DNA from: an uncultured virus (IMG/VR IMGVR_UViG_3300007625_000001)
Taxonomy: Duplodnaviria; Heunggongvirae; Uroviricota; Caudoviricetes
Strand: one strand, 5' to 3'
Length of the DNA stretch: 20,000 nt
Virus record (IMG/VR): IMGVR_UViG_3300007625_000001
Below are positions 16,407-20,000 of this stretch, in pieces. Made by a program: the position numbers and the translations under genes. Each line of letters starts with the position of its first letter. Position 1 is the first letter of the stretch. Below the pieces are notes generated by a model that was given only the letters and a program-made list of their open reading frames with translations, was not told the DNA's origin and made no database searches.

Positions 16407-17890
16407 TGATTAAAATTGAAAAACTTGATGAAGTCTATGTTCGTGTCTTTTCTGATCCTAGCATTGAACAAGAATTAGTAGACTTCTTCACATACGAATA
16501 TCCAGGTGCTAGATTTACACCACAATATCGAGCAAGATTGTGGGATGGTAAAGTGCGTTTGTATGATGCAGTAAGAAAAACTCTTTATGTTGGTCTTGTT
16601 TCTTATGTACAAGAATTTGCCGAAAGGAATAATTATGAACTACAATATGTCAAACCTGAACACTTCTTACAAAATGATATCGTATACAGTGACATTGAGC
16701 GATGGGTCGAAACACTCAATCCACAATCAAGAAACGAAGCGATCACAGTCAGAGACTACCAGTGCGATGCTATCCATAAAGCAATTGCTAGTGACAGAGT
16801 ACTACTCTTATCGCCGACTGCTTCAGGGAAATCGTTAATAATCTATTCTATCTTACGATGGCATTTAGAAAATAATCGTAAGTGTATCATTATAGTTCCA
16901 ACAACATCTCTTGTTGAGCAACTGTACACAGACTTTGAAGATTACTCATCTGCAAATGGATGGGAAACAAAAGTTCATTGTCAAAAACTTTACAGCGGTT
17001 TCACTAAAGACTTTACCAAAGATGTTTTAGTAACAACTTGGCAATCAGTCTATCTACAACCAAAATCTTGGTTCAAACAATTCGATGTTATCTTTGGTGA
17101 TGAGGCTCACCAATTTAAAGCCAAATCTCTTACAGGGGTTATGGAAAAGATGGATACAGTCAAGTATCGTATTGGTACAACTGGAACACTTGACAATAAG
17201 AAAATTCATAAATTAGTTCTTGAAGGTGTCTTTGGTCCAATACATAGAGTCACTACAACTAAAGCACTCATGGATTCTGGAAGGTTGTCTACCCTAAATA
17301 TAATGTGTGTAATACTGAAGTACAATGAAGAGATTCGTAAAGGGCGAAAAAACAATACGTACCAAGAAGAAATGGATTGGCTTGTATCTTGTGAACCAAG
17401 AAATAAGTTTATTCGAAACTTGGCAGTAAATTCTAAAGGTAATACGCTCGTTCTTTTTCAATACGTTGAAAAGCATGGCAAAGTCCTATACGAACTTATT
17501 AAAAATAAAGTGCATGATAAAAGAAAAGTTTTCTTTGTCTACGGTGGTACTGAAACCACTGATCGAGAAGCAATCCGTCATATTACAGAGGGGGAAAGTG
17601 ACGCCATTATCATTGCTTCTTTTGGTACTTTTAGTACTGGAATTAATATCCCATCATTGGAGAATGTAATTTTTGCGTCTCCATCTAAATCAAAGATTCG
17701 TAACCTGCAATCGATTGGTCGTGGGTTACGTTTAAAAGAAGGTAAGACTTCTTGTAATCTATTTGATCTTGCAGACGATCTTCATTGGAAGTCTTGGAAG
17801 AATCATACTTTAAATCATGCTGCAGAAAGATACAAAACGTATGCAGAAGAACAATTTAAAACAAAAATAGTAGAGGTAGACTTATGCTAA
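16406..17890 (+). CDS. uvsW: DNA helicase UvsW (SF2)
   Basis: WDGKVRL, RDYQ, SPTASGKS, VPTTSLVEQ, GDEAH, TTGT, TFSTGINI and QSIGRGLR. The likely start is ATG 16406 (TAATG overlap), with 16400 as the alternative. Confidence 0.96.
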   Translation: MIKIEKLDEVYVRVFSDPSIEQELVDFFTYEYPGARFTPQYRARLWDGKVRLYDAVRKTLYVGLVSYVQEFAERNNYELQYVKPEHFLQNDIVYSDIERWVETLNPQSRNEAITVRDYQCDAIHKAIASDRVLLLSPTASGKSLIIYSILRWHLENNRKCIIIVPTTSLVEQLYTDFEDYSSANGWETKVHCQKLYSGFTKDFTKDVLVTTWQSVYLQPKSWFKQFDVIFGDEAHQFKAKSLTGVMEKMDTVKYRIGTTGTLDNKKIHKLVLEGVFGPIHRVTTTKALMDSGRLSTLNIMCVILKYNEEIRKGRKNNTYQEEMDWLVSCEPRNKFIRNLAVNSKGNTLVLFQYVEKHGKVLYELIKNKVHDKRKVFFVYGGTETTDREAIRHITEGESDAIIIASFGTFSTGINIPSLENVIFASPSKSKIRNLQSIGRGLRLKEGKTSCNLFDLADDLHWKSWKNHTLNHAAERYKTYAEEQFKTKIVEVDLC

Positions 17891-18336
17891 CAGACAAAGA
17901 TGTCTATGTTGTTATAAAGTTAACCAATGGGGAACAGGTCATGGCTGTCCTCGAAGAAGAAGATGATAAGTATGTGCAACTTGGTAGTCCAATGACTATA
18001 AGAACTACACCAATAGTTGGTGAGGGGAGAGAACATATCACTGCGCATCCATATTGCCAATTCACAGATGATACATCTTTTTCTATAGAAAAGAAAAACG
18101 TAATGTTTATCAAACGTCTACACGAAATGATGATCCCTCATTATAGACGTATTGTTGCCCAACATAGCAATGATTGGCGAATCGAAAAGCCTGAACAGGA
18201 AGAACCATTTATTAGTTCTAGGGAAGCCAAGAAAAGAATCGCTATGTTGGTAGGTATAGCTGGAGAAGAAGAGGAAGAAGTTGAAGATACTTCGATACCA
18301 AGTACTTACATAGATGGTAACGAGACTAAACATTAG
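17884..18336 (+). CDS. Conserved T4-like hypothetical protein (possible Sm-like fold)
   Basis: GAGGT RBS. The N-terminal VVIKLTNGEQVMAVLEE..V.L..PM pattern resembles Sm-like beta-barrel phage proteins found after uvsW. Acidic C-terminus. Confidence 0.7.
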   Translation: MLTDKDVYVVIKLTNGEQVMAVLEEEDDKYVQLGSPMTIRTTPIVGEGREHITAHPYCQFTDDTSFSIEKKNVMFIKRLHEMMIPHYRRIVAQHSNDWRIEKPEQEEPFISSREAKKRIAMLVGIAGEEEEEVEDTSIPSTYIDGNETKH

Positions 18337-18359
18337 TAGTCATCAACCCTAACACAGTG

Positions 18360-18388
18360 ATTATGTCTCAAGTCAACTATAAAAGCAA
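18360..18388 (-). promoter_or_regulatory. Putative antisense sigma70-type promoter
   Basis: Minus strand reads TTGCTT (18388-18383), 17-bp spacer, CATAAT (18365-18360), pointing into 17884..18336 and uvsW. Confidence 0.5.
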
Positions 18389-18412
18389 ATCTAAATTGTA
18401 ATAAAAATATAT

Positions 18413-18441
18413 TTGTCTTTCTGTCATCGATGATGTATACT
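18413..18441 (+). promoter_or_regulatory. Sigma70-type promoter for gp55
   Basis: TTGTCT (18413-18418), 17-bp spacer, TATACT (18436-18441), preceded by an AT-rich UP-like tract. Confidence 0.75.
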
Positions 18442-18476
18442 ATGTGTAGTTTGAATTAAAGGATAAAAGAAATGCT

Positions 18477-19112
18477 ATGGCTCACTACGTAAACAACGCA
18501 GATTTTCTCGCAGCAATTGTTGAGATGCGACAAAAATATCAACATGCAAAAGAAAACAATCTCCCAACACCCCAAGTAAGCAATTATATTGGTGAGTGCA
18601 TTCTAAAGATAGCAACGCACTTATCATACAAACCTAACTTTCTAAACTACTCTTATCGAGATGAAATGATCTCGGATGGTATAGAAAATTGTCTGCAATA
18701 TATTAATAACTTTGATCCTGCAAAATCCAATAATCCTTTCGCATATTTTACACAGATTATCTACTATGCATTTCTTCGTAGGATTGCCAAGGAAAAGAAA
18801 CAGTCTTACATTAAAGGTAAGTTGATTCAGGACATGCCATTCGAGATGTTCGAGTTACAAGAGCAAGATGAGACAGGTGAATTTAAGAATGCTTATTTAG
18901 ATTTTATGCAGAACAATCATACCTTTGATGACTTTATCGATCGTAAGAAAGAAAAGGTTGCAAAGAGAAAAATGGAAAATACGTTGAACGCATTTATAGA
19001 TGATGAGGTAAAAGATGGAACGATCGATACAGGATTGGATAGCGGAATTGAGCAAGGGAGTGAGCAGTCGCAAGTTTCCTTCGATTCGGAGACGCAGAAG
19101 CAAAGTAAATAA
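18477..19112 (+). CDS. gp55: Late-transcription sigma factor gp55
   Basis: HYVNNADF, YIGECILKIATHLSYKPNF.NY.YRDEMISDGIENC and NPFAYFTQIIYYAFLRRIAKEKKQ. Confidence 0.97.
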   Translation: MAHYVNNADFLAAIVEMRQKYQHAKENNLPTPQVSNYIGECILKIATHLSYKPNFLNYSYRDEMISDGIENCLQYINNFDPAKSNNPFAYFTQIIYYAFLRRIAKEKKQSYIKGKLIQDMPFEMFELQEQDETGEFKNAYLDFMQNNHTFDDFIDRKKEKVAKRKMENTLNAFIDDEVKDGTIDTGLDSGIEQGSEQSQVSFDSETQKQSK

Positions 19113-20000
19113 AAGAACTATCAAGAAATTTGCTTGGGATTCAAGCGATAATCAATTTGCATTGAATAAAATTATGAACGAAAATACAAACGAAAAAATC
19201 TTTCTCGGTGTTAGTGACTTTGATGACTTAATCACTTCAGAGATCCTGAAGCGTCGTGTTGAAGCTGGCCAACGTACTATTCATCGTGAAACCAGTGTTC
19301 TCTGCAATCGAGAACAGTGGGCTGAATGGGCAGAGGAAATGTTTAAAGACGACCTCCATGTCCAAGGTAATTCCTCTAATGGTCTTATCATTGAACGTGA
19401 TACAAACAATTACATTCGCTTTGATGTGAACAGTAATACTGTTTCTGTTCGTGCTTATGGTGATGCAGATTTTGCAGATGCTATTGTTGCGACAGTTGAA
19501 TCTAACTTTGATATCGTAACATCTCACATCGAATGGGTTTATGGTAGCGAAGGTAACTCTGTCAATGTTCCATTGAATCGTGATCGTCTCCCAGTCGATG
19601 AAATGTATCCATTTCTAGATGGTGAAACACTTGGTGAATATTATGAACGCTACATGGCGTCTTCAGCGAATATCCTACTGTTGATTGGTCCTCCAGGAAC
19701 TGGCAAGACTACATTCATTCGTGGATTGTTAGCACATACAAACTCATCCGCAATCGTTTCATACGATTCTACGATTCTTGAGAAGGATGGTTTCTTTGCT
19801 CGCTTTATCGAGAGTGATGACAACGTAATGGTTCTTGAAGACTCTGATGCATTTTTAAAATCTCGCACTGATGGAAACACCATGATGCATCGTTTCCTAA
19901 ATGTGGGTGATGGTCTTGTTACAACCAAAGGTAAGAAGATGATCTTCTCTACCAATCTCCCATCTATTCGTGATGTTGACTCTGCATTGGTTCGTCCAGG
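19015..20000 (+). CDS. AAA+ ATPase (3'-truncated; absent from the ORF track)
   Basis: Frame +1 is open from ATG 19015 (GAGGT RBS at 19005-19009; alternative ATG 19174) to the window end. Walker A GPPGTGKT at 19687-19710, Walker B MVLEDSD, LNVGDG, and a second region of homology STN....VDSALVRP. Confidence 0.88.
   Translation, partial: MERSIQDWIAELSKGVSSRKFPSIRRRRSKVNKRTIKKFAWDSSDNQFALNKIMNENTNEKIFLGVSDFDDLITSEILKRRVEAGQRTIHRETSVLCNREQWAEWAEEMFKDDLHVQGNSSNGLIIERDTNNYIRFDVNSNTVSVRAYGDADFADAIVATVESNFDIVTSHIEWVYGSEGNSVNVPLNRDRLPVDEMYPFLDGETLGEYYERYMASSANILLLIGPPGTGKTTFIRGLLAHTNSSAIVSYDSTILEKDGFFARFIESDDNVMVLEDSDAFLKSRTDGNTMMHRFLNVGDGLVTTKGKKMIFSTNLPSIRDVDSALVRP

Noticed and set aside
4716..17669. 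Short alternative-frame and antisense ORFs nested in core genes (e.g. 4716..5087, 7879..8067, 13796..13987, 16587..16838, 17466..17669)
   Set aside because: They lie entirely within well-conserved genes, lack RBS or motifs, and have lengths expected by chance.
18118..18333. 71-aa minus-strand ORF just downstream of the antisense promoter
   Set aside because: Phe/Ser-rich shadow of the acidic plus-strand gene with a poorly spaced SD. A non-coding antisense RNA is the more economical reading, though translation is not excluded.
5041..19111. Intragenic TAAATA hits (5041, 5730, 9013, 15704, 19106) as late promoters
   Set aside because: A 6-mer of A/T is frequent in this AT-rich DNA, and these lack supporting intergenic context.
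19237..19955. Minus-strand ORFs 19237..19527 and 19650..19955
   Set aside because: Antisense to the plus-strand AAA+ ATPase frame, which carries clear Walker A/B and SRH motifs.

Overview
The window is a dense, all-plus-strand segment of a T4-like myovirus genome. It resembles the environmental 'Exo-T-even'/cyanophage-type group rather than T4 itself, since no gp24 follows gp23 and the order is gp23-gp3-uvsY-uvsW-gp55. From left to right it holds the 3' part of a repetitive Thr/Ala/Gly-rich fibre-like structural gene, the neck/tail/head module (gp13, gp14, gp15, gp17, gp18, gp19, gp20, three small head-region genes, gp21, gp22, gp23), a cUUCGg terminator, gp3, uvsY, an AT-rich 2OG-Fe(II) oxygenase, uvsW, a conserved hypothetical, the late sigma factor gp55 and the start of an AAA+ ATPase. 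Most of this is conserved core. The departures worth following up are: no small terminase (gp16) between gp15 and gp17; repeat and CBM-like modules grafted into gp13, gp14 and gp18; back-to-back sigma70 promoters upstream of gp55, one pointing antisense into the uvsW operon; a probable 98-nt dual-coding overlap between gp55 and the ATPase; an out-of-frame mini-ORF at the gp55 start; a probable leaderless gp3 mRNA; and a palindrome around the uvsY -10 box. All family assignments come from motif recognition and synteny, not database searches.
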